A stretch of DNA of 64,000 nucleotides from Anaeramoeba ignava BMAN (lineage: Eukaryota > Protista > Anaeramoebae): the NCBI GenBank assembly GCA_028826165.1, contig JAPDFW010000114.1:248001-312000 (forward strand), given 5' to 3'. A program made the translations under genes and the position numbers. The stretch's first letter is position 1. The number at the start of each line of letters is the position of its first letter. The notes under the pieces are model-generated. The model did no database searches. It was not told the origin of the DNA and saw only the letters and a list, made by a program, of their open reading frames with translations. This document shows, piece by piece, positions 50,716 to 64,000 of this stretch.

Positions 50716-53061
50716 TTATTTTTTGAGACTTTTTGAATAAAGGTTATTAAGCCTTATTTTATAACTATCCAAAATGGCTTGTCTTCTAATCTTCATTGTA
50801 GTAGTTAAAAATTTGTTTTCAACAGTAAACGGTTCAGGTTCAATAATCAAATCCCTAATCAATTCAAAACCATATCTTTTTTCAGATCTACCAAGTTGTT
50901 CCAAATCATCAAGAATAAGTTTTTTGGTTTGTTCAAGTTGGCATAATTGATTGAAATCAAGTTCGGATTCTTTCAATTTATTATCGGAAAAAAATTTCTT
51001 CAAGTTTTCAGGATCGGGAACAATAACAGCAACAAGATAGCTTTCGCTTGAGTTTCCGTAGACCATGATCTGGGACACATATTGAGAGCGTATGTATATG
51101 CCCTCGAGTGTTTCTGGTGAGACATACTCTCCTTGGGAGATTTTGAAGATGCTTTTTCTGCGATCGATAATTTTAAAAGCGCCGTTTGGAAGAACTTCGG
51201 CTATATCGCCAGTCATGAACCAACCGTCTGATGTAAAAGATGATTTCGTTGCTTGTGGGTTGTTGTAGTATTCTGAGAACACATTTGAGCCTCTGACAAG
51301 AAGTTCGCCTCTTGGGTTTGGTTTATCTTCTGTTGTGTAATTAAGATCAGGAAGTGACATCAATTTGAATTCTGAACAAACAACTGGTGAACCGACAACT
51401 CCCAGTGTTACATCATCTTCATAGACCTGAACTAACCCTGCGGCGCCTGTTTCCGTCATGCCCCAACCTTGTATGAATTTTCTGGTGAAAATTGCCTTGA
51501 AGAATTCCTGGTGGTTTGGCAACAACGGTGCGCTTCCTGAAATTATTATGTTAATTTTTCCTCCAAAAGCTTGTTTTGTTTTTGAAAACACTAGTTTGTC
51601 CCACAGAAAAGTGGATTCTCCTTTGCGCAAGGCTTTGACCTTTTGGTCTAATGCTGTGTTGAATAGTAATTTTTTGATAAGTGATCCTTCTTGTGTTTTT
51701 GGGTATATTTTGTCGTATAGTTTCATAAATACTCTTGGAACTCCAATAAATAAAGTTGGTTTTACTAGATTGATTTCGTCAAATAGTTTTAAAAGATCTC
51801 CGCTGAAAAAGCCTACTTTTGCGCCTACTGCTATCATTGTTCCAAAAAGTACTCTTTCAAAGATGTGACTTAGTGGGAGATAGCTGATGTAAGATTCTTC
51901 ATCGCAGAACTCGTAACCCACATACATAAATCCTTTATAAAAGAATTTTGATTTATAAAAGAATTTTAATTTATAAAAGAATATTAATTTTAATTTTAAT
52001 TTTAATATTAATTTTAATTTTAATTTTAATTTTAATTTTAAATTTCAATTTTAATTTCATTTATAAAAGAATTTTAATTTTATTTTAGTTTTTATTTTAA
52101 TTTTGATTTTAATATTAATTTTAATTTTGATTTATAAAAGAATTTTAATTTTAATTTTAATTTTAATTTCATTTATAAAAGAATTTTAATTTTGTTTTAA
52201 TTTTATTTTCAAAAAATATTTACCAGTAATTGCAGAAATCAAATGCTTGTGAAGATAAACAACACCCTTGGGAAGAGAAGTTGTACCACTTGTATAAATA
52301 ATAGAACAAATATCATCCTTAGTTTGAGGATCATGTTTTTTCATATCAGCTTTTCCAGCTTGCATAACATCATCAAAACTATAAATTTGGATACCAGCAT
52401 CACGAATAGTTTGGATATCATCATTCTTCTCAAGCTTATCAAACTTCTTATCAGCATCATCAAGAACAATCATAATTTTCAAAGATTTTGAATTATTGCA
52501 AATTTGACTAATTTTTGGAAGATGTTTTGTTTCAGTAATAATTGCTTTAACATTTGTATTATTCAAAATATATTGAATATTTTCAGCACCAAATGTATGA
52601 TATAACGGAACAGAGACAATTGAAAAGGCATAGCAAGCCTGTTCTGCAGTTGCCCATTCGAGTCTATTTTTCGCGAATATCCCAAGATTTGTATTTTTTG
52701 TGACTCCGATATTGAGTAATCCACTCCCAAAAATATCTCTTTGATTAGCAAATTCCGAATACGTTATCCAATCATAATCTTCATATTCTTTTTTTTCTTG
52801 ATTAAATCTGCGCGTTCCATAAATTGGTCTGTTTTCGAATTCAAATCGTGATTTTTCAAAGTTTTCATAAAGTGTTGTAATTTTTGGATTCCAATTCGTG
52901 TTTGAAACGTATTTTGCTAGTGGTGAACTGTAAACTATCTCCCCGTTTTCTTCGTATTTAAAACTTGTTGTTAGAACCCCATCTTGCTCAATTATTCGTG
53001 GTTCTGTTGGAAAGAATAATCCTCTTGTGTGACTTGGTTTTCCTTGTGAAATTTTTTCCAT
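50716..53061 (-). CDS. Long-chain fatty acyl-CoA synthetase
   Basis: Exons 53061-52224, 51932-50716; IIYTSGTTSLPKGV, YLPLSHIFER, GWGMTE, GWFMTGDI, IIDRRKSIFKISQGEYVSPE. Confidence 0.95.
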
Positions 53062-53299
53062 TTGCTTTTGTTTTTTACGTTTGTTTTTTACTCTTGTTTG
53101 AGAAAAAAATGATTTTCAATTTTTTTTTTTGTCTTTTGTAAATTTTTTTTTTTTGCTTTTTTTTTGAAGAAAAGTGAGTAATTTTGATGATTTTTTTCTT
53201 TCTTTTGCTCTTAATTTCTTTTTTTATTTTGTTTCTTCTTGATCTTTTTTTTTTTTTTTTAAAATATTTTTTTTTCTTTTTTAATAATTTTTAATTTAA

Positions 53300-54500
53300 T
53301 TTTTATTTGGATATTTGTTTAGATAATTATTTAGATATTTATTTAAATATTTATTTAATATTTATTTAATATTTATTTGGATATTTATTTAGATATTTAT
53401 TTAATATTTATTTGGATATTTATTTAGATATTTATTTAATATTTAATATTTATTTAATATTTATTTAGTATTTATTTAGTATTTATTTAGATATTTATTT
53501 AATATTTAATATTTATTTAATATTTATTTAGTATTTATTTAAATATTTATTTAATATTTATTTAATATTTATTTAATATTTATTTAGATATTTATTTAGA
53601 TATTTATTTAGTATTTACTTAGATATTTATTTAATATTTATTTAGATATTTATTTAGATATTTATTTAATATTTATTTAATATTTATTTAATATTTATTT
53701 GGATATTTATTTAATATTTATTTAATATTTATTTAATATTTATTTGATATTTATTTAATATTTATTTTAGTATTTATTTTAATATTTATTTAGATATTTA
53801 TTTAATATTTATTTTAATATTTATTTGGATATTTATTTAATATTTATTTAGATATTTGTTTAGATATTTATTTAGATATTTATTTGGATATTTATTTAGA
53901 TATTTATTTAATATTTATTTAATATTTATTTAGATATTTATTTAATATTTATTTGGATATTTATTTTAATATTTATTTAATATTTATTTAATATTTATTT
54001 AGATATTTATTTAGATATTTATTTTAATATTTATTTGGATATTTATTTAATATTTATTTAGATATTTATTTTAGATACTTATTTAATATTTATTTAGATA
54101 TTTATTTAATATTTATTTAATATTTATTTAATATTTATTTAATATTTATTTAGATATTTATTTAGATATTTATTTTTAATATTTATTTAATATTTATTTA
54201 ATATTTATTTAGATATTTATTTAGATATTTATTTAATATTTAATATTTAATATTTATTTAGATATTTATTTAGATATTTATTTGGATATTTATTTAATAT
54301 TTATTTAGATATTATTTTATTATTTATTTGGATATTTATTTAATATTTATTTAATAATTATTTGGATATTTATTTGGATATTTATTTAATATTTATTTAG
54401 ATATTTATTTAGATATTTATTTAGATATTTATTTAGATATTTATTTGGATATTTATTTGGATATTTATTGATATATTTATTTAATATTTATTTAATATTT
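53300..54500. repeat. 11-12-bp satellite (ATATTTATTTA/AG/GG)n
   Basis: Direct repetition. Confidence 0.95.
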
Positions 54501-55034
54501 TGATATATTTTTTACTTTGTGAGTTTTTTATAATTTTACAATAGAAAAATTTCTAATTAATTTTGGCATTTTTTGTGTAATCCATTCAATAATTCAATTT
54601 TATAACAAAAAGAAAACAAATTTGATAAATATTTTTGTATAAATTATTTTAAAAATTTTTTGTGTGTAATTTTTATTTTTATTTAATTTGATTAAGTTAT
54701 TTTTAATAAGTTTTTTTTTTTAATTTACTTGATCCTTAATTTCTAAATTTAAAAAAATTCTAAAAAAAAAATTTTAATTTTAATTTGTTTTTGTTTTTGA
54801 AATGAGAAGAAAGAAGAAATAAAAAGAAAAAGAAAAAGAAAAAGAATGAATTTTAAATGTCAATTTTTTTTTATTTTTTTTTTGATTTTCTCCTTTTTAA
54901 TTTAAATTTATTTTTTTTTCTCCTTTTTAATTTAAATTTTTTTTTTTTGCTTTTTATTTTTCATTTTTTTATTTTTTCATTTTTTTTTTATTCTTAAAAC
55001 TTTCAAGTCATCAAAAAAAAAAAAATAAAATAAA

Positions 55035-55763
55035 ATGTCACACGCACCACCAAATTTACAAAGATTTCTTGATGTATTAAATCAAGGAGCAACAAGAGAG
55101 CAATTAAACTCAACATTTTTCACGATGAAGTCAGTATGTTCACCACAAGAAATTGAAGCAATTCAATTCATCATTGACAATCTACCATATTCCTATCCAG
55201 AAATCCAGCCTGAAAACGACATAATTCAAACGGCAATATCCAAAGCTAACGGAAATCAAATGGGAATGTCATTTGAACCAGTGATGAATCAAGAACCAAA
55301 CACAAATCAACCTCAAATGAACTATGGAAATCAACCTCCAATGAATTATGGAAATCAACCTCCAATGAACTACGGAAATCAACCTCAAAATTATGGAAAT
55401 CAACCTCCAATGAATTATGGAAATCAACCTCCAATGAATTATGGAAATCAACCTCAGAATTATGGAAATCAACCTCAAATGATGTTTTCAAATCAACCTC
55501 CAATGAACTACGGAAATCAACCCCAAATGGCTTATAATACTGGAAATTATGCTCCCCCTGTTCAATATCAATCTCCTCAATTTGTTGATCCTGATCCCGA
55601 TCCTGTTCCCATTTCTCATAACCAAAAAAGCAATAATTCTCATAATGCTCATTCTACCTTTTTTTCAGATTCTGATTCAAAAACTACTAAGAAATGGATC
55701 CAATACAATATTGCCGTTGTTTTTTTTGCTCTTATTCTTGTTGGGATTATTGCTTCAGTTTAA
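55035..55763 (+). CDS. Tail-anchored protein with QPPMNYGN repeats
   Basis: ATG after T-rich leader; ~9 octa/heptapeptide repeats; hydrophobic C-terminus IAVVFFALILVGIIASV. Confidence 0.8.
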   Translation: MSHAPPNLQRFLDVLNQGATREQLNSTFFTMKSVCSPQEIEAIQFIIDNLPYSYPEIQPENDIIQTAISKANGNQMGMSFEPVMNQEPNTNQPQMNYGNQPPMNYGNQPPMNYGNQPQNYGNQPPMNYGNQPPMNYGNQPQNYGNQPQMMFSNQPPMNYGNQPQMAYNTGNYAPPVQYQSPQFVDPDPDPVPISHNQKSNNSHNAHSTFFSDSDSKTTKKWIQYNIAVVFFALILVGIIASV

Positions 55764-56015
55764 TTTTCCTTTTTTTTTCTTTTATTTTTCCTTTTTTTTT
55801 CTTTTATTCTTTTTATTTTCCTTTTTTTTCTTTCTTTCTTTCATCAAAATTATTTGATTAAGAAAATCAAAACAAACAAATAATCTATTTTATGCTTTTT
55901 TTTTGAAAAAATTTTTAAAGAAAATTTATTTTAAATTGATTCTTTTGTTTTAAAAAGTAAAAAGTAAAAAGTAAAAAGTGGAACAAAAAAAAAAAGAAAA
56001 AGAAAAAAGTGGAAT

Positions 56016-58411
56016 TTAACCATAAATTCCAAGTAACATTGCAAAAACAAGTGTTGTAATTGCAACACTACTAAATATTATTAGATTTTTTTTCCCTGAT
56101 ATTTCTTTGAATACAAATATTCCCCATAAAGCCGCAACAACAACTGCAAGTTGTGTTAATGAAAATCCTTGTGACATTCCTAATGGTGATAATGTTGCAT
56201 ATGTTGCAAAAAAGTTTCCAAGACTCCAAAAAATTCCAGAAATCATTCCTGGAATCATTGCTTTTTTAATTTTTAAATCTGAAAGTTTTAAGAAAGGTTT
56301 TTTTGTTGGATTGCATTTGTTTCTTATAATTCCAATAAAATAAAATATAAAAAAAACTATTGGAGTAACAATTATTGTTCCAATTCCAAATGAAACAATA
56401 TAAATAATTCCATTTGATTCAGAAGGAACATAAGATAAAGGAACCATCATACTTCCATTTAAAAGTCTATTAAAATTAAAATTAAAATTAAAATTAAAAT
56501 TAAAATTAAAATTAAAAATAAAAATAAAATTAAAATCGGATAAAAATTAAAAATCGGATAAAAATTATTTTTTTGAATTATTTTTTACCCACAAGTAATT
56601 GCAGAAAGAATTCCAATTATAAAATCTTTTTTTGAAACATTTCTTTGTACTCTTTTTCTGGGATTTCTCAAGTTTCTTCTTTCTTCTTCACTATTTTCAT
56701 CATTATCAATATTTTCAATTATATTAATTCTTTCATGGTTATCATTATTCTCAATATTGTTAACACTTTGAATAGTTTCAATATTATCCTTATTATCTTC
56801 ATTATCCTTATTATCCTTATTATCTTTATCATCTTTATTATCTTCATTATCCTCATTATCTTTATTATCTTTATTATCTTTATTATCCTCATTATCTTCA
56901 TTATCTTTATTATCTTCATCATCTTCATCATCTGGTTGATTTGGTTTTATAAAACCGAAACAACTAACACCAAGAATAAGAAAAATAACAAAAACAATTG
57001 ATAATTTTTGATTTTTTGGTGTATGTCCAGGTAAAATAGATCCCCAAACAAAAGAGACACCAATAGTAACAGCACTCTAAAAATAAATTTCAATTTTGAT
57101 TTAAATATATTTTGATTTTAATATATTGATTTAAATATATTAATTTTAAATATATTGATTTAAATATATTGATTTAAATATTTTGATTTAAATATAATTG
57201 ATTTAAATATATTGATTTAAATATTTTAATTTAAATATATTGATTTAAATATTTTTGATTTAAATATTTTGATTTAAATATTTTGATTTAAATATTATTG
57301 ATTTAAATATATTTTAATATATTGATTTAAATATATTTGATTTAAATATATTGATTTAAATATATTGATTTAAATTGATTTAAATATTTTTGATTTAAAT
57401 ATTTTGATTTAAATAATTGATTTAAATATATTGATTTAAATATATTGATTTAAATATATTGATTTAAATATTGATTTAAATATTTGATTTAAATATTAAT
57501 TTAAATAAATTGATTTAAATTGATTTAAATATATTTGATTTAAATTGATTTTAGATATATTGATTTAAATATTTTGATTTAGATATTTTGATTTAAAGAT
57601 ATTGATTTAAATATATTAATTTTTAAATATTTGATTTAAATATATTAATTTTAAATATTTGATTTAAATATATTGATTTAAATATTTTGATTTAAAAATA
57701 TATTGATTTAAATATATTTTGATTTAAATATATTTGATTTAAATTGATTTGATTTTAAATATTTTGATTTAAATATATTTTGATTTAAATATATTTTGAT
57801 TTAAATATTTTGATTTAAATATTTTGATTTAAATATTTTAATTTAAATATATTGATTTTAATATATTGATTTAAATATTTTGATTTAAATATATTTGATT
57901 TAAATATTTTGATTTAAATATATTAATTTAAATATTGATTTAAATATTTTGATTTAAATATTTTGATTTAAATATATTGATTTAAATATATTGATTTTGG
58001 AAATACCCAAATGCTTTGTCCAATGGAAACTCCAATTTTAGAAATTGCTAATAAAGCAAAACAACTCGCAGGAACCCAAAGAGCTGGCCCAACAATTCCT
58101 TTTTTTTTGTTGATTTTTTCATTTTTTTTATTTTTTGTAATGTTTTGATACAAAAAAAATCAAAAATAAGATCATTTATAATAAAGAATAATTTAATAAA
58201 ATTTACCAAGATAAGTAAATTCCCATTTATTATATGTTAAAACTAAAAAACTTGAAATAAAAATAATTAAAGAAAGTGGAAGTTGAAAAACCATTTGTGA
58301 AATTTTAGCTTTTCTTATTCTTTTCATTTTAGCAGGAAGTCCATAACTCCCAAATGTTAAAATTGCAAGAATAACAGAAACCCAACCAAACCATAAAGGA
58401 ATTGAACTCAT
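56016..58411 (-). CDS. TMEM144/GRP-family (DMT superfamily) transporter, copy A
   Basis: Exons 58411-58207, 58098-58007, 57076-56589, 56466-56016 join in frame; FGSYGLP, GPALWVPA..IGVSIGQSIW, PGMISGIFWSLGN, ALWGIFVFKEISG. Confidence 0.85.
57095..57995. repeat. (TTGATTTAAATATA)n-type intronic satellite
   Basis: Direct repetition in intron 2 of copy A. Confidence 0.9.
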
Positions 58412-58642
58412 TTATTAATAAAAAAATTTAGAAAGAAGAAAATGAAATCAAAAAAAAATAAATTCAAAAAAAAATTTTTTTAAAAAAATCTAAATCAAAA
58501 AAATAAACAATTAAACAATCAATTTTTGTGTTTTTTCATTTTAAAATTTAATATTCAATCTAATTTTAAATTGATTCTTTTGTTTTAAAAAGTAAAAAGT
58601 AAAAAGTGGAACAAAAAAAAAAGAAAAAGAAAAAAGTGGAAT

Positions 58643-59966
58643 TTAACCATAAATTCCAAGTAACATTGCAAAAACAAGTGTTGTAATTGCAACACTACTA
58701 AATATTATTAGATTTTTTTTCCCTGATATTTCTTTGAATACAAATATTCCCCATAAAGATGCAACAACAACTGCAAGTTGTGTTAATGAAAATCCTTGTG
58801 ACATTCCTAATGGTGATAATGTTGCATATGTTGCAAAAAAGTTTCCAAGACTCCAAAAAATTCCAGAAATCATTCCTGGAATCATTGCTTTTTTAATTTT
58901 TAGATCTGAAAGTTTTAAGAAAGGTTTTTTTGTTGGATTGCATTTGTTTCTTATAATTCCAACAAAATAAAATATAAAAAAAATTATTGGAGTAACAATT
59001 ATTGTTCCAATTCCAAATGAAACAATATAAATAATTCCATTTGATTCAGAAGGAACATAAGATAAAGGAACCATCATACTTCCATTTAAAAGTCTATTTA
59101 AAATTAAAATTAAAATTAAAAATAAAAATAAAAATCGGATAAAAATAAAAATAAAAATCGGATAAAAATTATTTTTTTGAATTATTTTTTTGAATTATTT
59201 TTTTGAATTATTTTTTACCCACAAATAATTGCAGAAAGAATTCCAATTATAAAATCTTTTTTTGAGACATTTTTTTGAGTTTTCTTTTGCGGATTTTCCA
59301 ATTCTTCATTTACAAAATCAATCATTTCAATTTCACCTTTTTTTTCTTCTTCTATTTGATTTGGTTTTATAAATCCAAATAAACTAACGACAAGAACAAG
59401 ACAAATAACAAAAACAATTGATAATATTTGATTTTTTGGTGTATGTCCAGGTAAAATAGATCCCCAAACAAAAGAAACTGTTATAGTTACAGAACCCTTA
59501 TTAAGGAAAAAAATTTTTTTTTTGTGAGAATTTTTTCAATTAGGGAAAAAATTAGAAGAAAAAAAAGAAAAAAAAGAAAAATACTAAAATGCTTTGTCCA
59601 ATGGAAATTCCAATCTTAGAAAATGCTAATAAAGCAAAACAATTTGCAGGAACCCAAAGAGCAGAACCAATAATTCCTTTTTTTTTATTGTTAATTAAAA
59701 TAAAACAAATTTAATTAAAAAATTTTTTTTTATAATAAAGAATAATTTAATAAAATTTTACCGAAATAAGTAAATTCCCATTTATTATATGTTAAAACTA
59801 AAAAACCTGTTAGAAAAATTGAAATTGAGATTGGAAGTTGAAAAACCATTTGTGGAATTTTTAGTTTTTTAGTTTTCTTCATTTTGAGTGGAACTGCAAA
59901 ACTTCCAAATGTTAAAATTGCAAGAATAACAGAAACCCAACCAAACCATAAAGGAATTGAACTCAT
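58643..59966 (-). CDS. TMEM144/GRP-family transporter, copy B
   Basis: Same four-exon structure; last exon nearly identical to copy A. Confidence 0.85.
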
Positions 59967-60401
59967 TTATTAATAAAAAAATTTAATAAAAAATTTAATA
60001 AAAAATTTTAATAAAAAAGTGAATTGAGGAAAAATTAGGAAAATGATTGTTTTTTTTTTTTTAAATTCTAAATAATAATTTTGGTTTTACTCTTTATGAA
60101 TTTATGACGTGGCTTGAAATAAAAAAAGAAAAGATTTTATTTATTAAACAAATTCACAATAAGTTTCTTTTTTTGTTTTGTTTTGTTTTGTTTTAAAAAA
60201 GAATTTATTTTTGTTTTGATTAGATTTGAAAAAGAAAAAGAAAAAGAAAAAGAAAAAGAAAAAGAAGAAAATCGAAAAAAAATTGAAGAAAAAAAAAGAA
60301 AAAATTTTTTGATGAAAGAGATCTTGCAATTTTTGTTTTTCGAACTAAAATTTGATTTTTTTTTTGAAGGGAATTTTAAAAAAAAAAAAAAGAGAATTTA
60401 T

Positions 60402-61777
60402 TTAGAGATCATCTTTAGCAACTGGACCAGTTGGTTTTCCTTTTAATGTAGTTTTTCCGTTAACTGGTTCACTTGCTTTTCTTGAAGATTGAGGACCAGA
60501 TTTTGGTTGTTTTCCTTGTCCAACTTGTTCAACAATTTTCAAAACATCATCTGTTTTCAAGTCTTCATAAAATTGACCATCAATAACAATAACTGGTGCA
60601 TTTGCACATGCTCCTTGACATTCAACTTCAGATAATTGAAACTTTCCATCTGTTGTTGTGTTTCCGCAATCAATTCCAAGTTTATCTTCAAGTGTTCTTA
60701 AAATATCATTTCCTCCTCTTAACATACAAGGAGTGCAAGTACAAACTTCAATATGATGTTTTCCAATAGGTTTTCTTTTAAAATTAAAATTCATTTATAA
60801 AATTAATATTAAAATTAAAATTAATATTAAAATTAAAATTAAAATTAAAATTAAAATTCATTTATAAAATTAAAATTAATATTAATATTAAAATTAAAAT
60901 TAATATTAAAATTCATTTATAAAATTAAAATTAAAATATTAAAATTAAAATTAAAATTAATATTAAAATTAATATTAAAATTAAAATTAAAATTAAAATT
61001 AAAATTAAAATTAAAATTAAAATTAAAATTAAAATTAAAATTAAAATATTAAAATCAAAATTAAAATTAAAATTCATTTATAAAATTAATATTAAAATTA
61101 AAATTAAAATTAAAATTAAAATTAAAATTAAAATTAAAATCAAAATTAAAATTAAAATTAAAATTCATTTATAAAATTAATATTAAAATTAAAATTAAAA
61201 TTAAAATTAAAATTAAAATTAAAATTAGAATTAAAATTAAAATTAAAATTAAAATTAAAATTAAAATTAAAATTAAAATTAAAATTAAAATTAAAATTAT
61301 AATTATAATTAAAATTATAATTATAATTATAATTAAAATTATAATTATAATTAAAATTAAAATTAAAATTAAAATTAATATTAAAATTCATTTATAAAAT
61401 TAATATTAAAATTAAAATTAATATTAAAATTAAAATTAATATTAAAATTAAAATTAAAATTTTAAATCATGCAAACTTGTTAAACATTGTATAAAAAGTT
61501 GCAACTTCATAAACTTGAGTTGGAGGACAACAAACAATATTTGAAACTTTATTCATTGCAGCCTAAAAAAAAAGTATTTAAAAATGAAAAATAAAAAATG
61601 AAAGAAAATAAAATAACTTACACGACTAACCCAACCCTCTTGTTCTTGAACAAGATGAAGTAAAGGAATAATTGCTGATGACTTTTTATCTGTTGGATAT
61701 TTTCTTAAAATTTCGTCAATTTTCTTGTAATTTGTTTGAGTAAAATCAAATTTGGTTTGTTCTTCATTTTTTTCAAA
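60402..61777 (-). CDS. NDUFV2: NADH dehydrogenase 24-kDa subunit (NuoE/NDUFV2), first exon(s) outside window
   Basis: Exons 61777-61622, 61562-61477, 60774-60402: [64 protein letters not shown] (2Fe-2S ligands). Confidence 0.95.
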
Positions 61778-61799
61778 CTTAAAAAAGAAATTAACAAAA

Positions 61800-64000
61800 A
61801 GAAATTTTAATTTTTGAATTTGAATTTGATTTTGAATTTGAATTTAATTTTGAATTTGAATTTGATTTAAATTTTGATTTTCATTTTGATTTTGATTTTG
61901 ATTTTGATTTTAATTTTGATATTGATATTAATTTTGATATTGATTTTGATTTTGGTTTTAATTTTAAATTTGAATTTGATATTGAATTTGATATTGAATT
62001 TGAATTTGGTATTGATATTAAATTTAAATTTGAATTTGAATTTGAATTTGAATTTGAATTTGAATTTGAATTTGAATTTGAATTTGAATTTGAATTTGAA
62101 TTTGAATTTGAATTTGAATTTGAATTTGATTTTAAATTTGATATTGAATTTGAATTTGATTTTGATTTTAATTTTAATTTTGATTTTAATATTGAATTTG
62201 ATTTTGATTTTGATTTTGATTTTAAATTTGATTTTAATTTTATTTAAATTTTGATTTTAAATTTGAATTTGATTTTAATTTAAAATTTCATTTTGAATTT
62301 AATTTTAATTTTGGTTTTGATTTTGATTTATATTTTGATTTTGATTTTGATTTTGAATTTGATATTGAATTTGATATTGATATTGATATTGATATTGATA
62401 TTGATATTGATATTGATATTGATATTGATATTGATATTGATATTGATATTGAATTTGATTTTGATTTTAATTTTAATTTTGATTTTGATTTTGATTTTGA
62501 TTTTAATTTTGATTTTGATTTTGATTTTAATTTTGATTTTGATTTTGATTTTGATATTGAATTTGATTTTAATTTTAATTTTAATTTTAATATTGAATTT
62601 GATTTTGATTTTGATTTTGATTTTGATTTTGATTTTGATTTTGATTTTGATTTTGATTTTAATTTTGATTTTAAATTTGATATTGATATTGATTTTGATT
62701 TTGATTTTGATTTTGATTTTGATTTTAATATTGAATTTGATATTGATTTTTATTTTAATTTTGAATTTGAATTTGAATTTGAATTTGATATTGAATTTGA
62801 TATTGATTTTGAATTTGAATTTAATTTTGATTTTAATTTTGAATTTGAATTTGAATTTGAATTTGAATTTGAATTTGAATTTAAATTTGAATTTGATTTT
62901 GATTTTGATTTTGATATTGATTTTGATATTGAATTTGAATTTAATTTTGAATTTGAATTTGAATTTGGTATTGATATTGATATTGATATTGATATTGATA
63001 TTAATTTTGATATTGATATTGAATTTAAATTTGAATTTTAATTTGATTTTGATTTATATTTTGATTTTGAATTTGAATTTGATATTGAATTTGAATTTGA
63101 TTTTGATATTGATATTGATATTGATATTGATATTGATATTGATATTGATATTGATATTGATATTGATATTGATATTGATATTGATTTTGATTTTGATTTT
63201 GATTTTGATTTTGATTTTAAATTTGATTTTGATTTTGATTTATATTTTGATTTTGATTTTAATTTAAAATTTCATTTTGAATTTGAATTTGAATTTGAAT
63301 TTGATTTTAAATTTGATATTGAATTTGATTTTGATTTTAATTTTGAATTTGAATTTGATATTGAATTTGAATTTAAATTTAAATTTGAATTTAATTTTGA
63401 TATTAATTTTGAATTTGATTTTGATTTTGATTTTAAATTTGATATTGAATTTGATTTTAATTTTAAATTTGATTTTAATTTTGAATTTAATTTTGAATTT
63501 GATTTTGATTTTAAATTTTGATTTTGAATTTGATATTGAATTTGATATTGAATTTGAATTTGGTATTGATTTTGATTTTAATTTTAATTTTGATATTGAT
63601 TTTGATTTTGAATTTGATTTTGATTTTGATTTTGAATTTGAATTTGAATTTGAATTTGAATTTGAATTTGAATTTGAATTTGAATTTGAATTTGAATTTG
63701 AATTTGAATTTTAATTTTGAATTTGAATTTGATTTTAAATTTGAATTTGAATTTGAATTTGAATTTGATTTTAAATTTGATATTGAATTTGATTTTAATT
63801 TTAAATTTGATATTGAATTTGATTTTAATTTTAAATTTGATTTTGATTTTGAATTTGATTTTAATTTAAAATTTCATTTTGAATTTAATTTTAATTTTGG
63901 TTTTGATTTTGATTTATAATTTGATTTTAAATTTGATATTGAATTTGATTTTGATTTTGATTTTTGTTTTGATTTTAATTTTGATTTTGATTTTGATTTT
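61800..64000. repeat. (TTTGAA/TTTTGA/TATTGA)n microsatellite, probably filling a long NDUFV2 intron
   Basis: Direct hexamer repetition upstream of an AG acceptor at 61778-61779 (minus). Confidence 0.9.

Noticed and set aside
51458-51868. Antisense ORFs within ACSL, RNF213, FG-GAP and TMEM144 genes
   Set aside because: Shadow ORFs opposite well-supported genes, with no recognisable motifs.

Overview
Extremely AT-rich, intron-containing eukaryotic genomic DNA. The gene mix (RCC1-BTB and BTB-TLDc families, N/Q/E homopeptides, complex I 24-kDa subunit, TCATTT initiator-like motifs) suggests an anaerobic metamonad protist such as Anaeramoeba; this is inference. About 17 protein genes or remnants were identified: LRR/U-box, triple MRH-like sorting receptor, cyclin T/K, a ~4,550-aa intronless RNF213-like AAA+/RZ-finger E3, PRP38B, a retinoblastoma-family protein, Med20, spatacsin, a 7-blade FG-GAP/FN3 receptor, a RING/CCCH protein, BTB-TLDc and RCC1-BTB genes/pseudogenes, ACSL, a tail-anchored NYGNQPPM-repeat protein, two TMEM144-like transporters and NuoE/NDUFV2. 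Many introns and spacers are filled with microsatellites, which explain most low-complexity ORFs in the track. The most unusual element is a family of ten tRNA-like genes: nine on the minus strand at 40.3-44.6 kb and one dispersed at 26.4 kb. They share one near-invariant acceptor/D/T scaffold but carry different, covarying anticodon arms (Gln-CTG, Asp-GTC, Met-CAT, Trp-CCA, ATC, and expanded or contracted arms). Long genes carry several single-base frameshifts, 11 of 12 being +1, most likely assembly errors.
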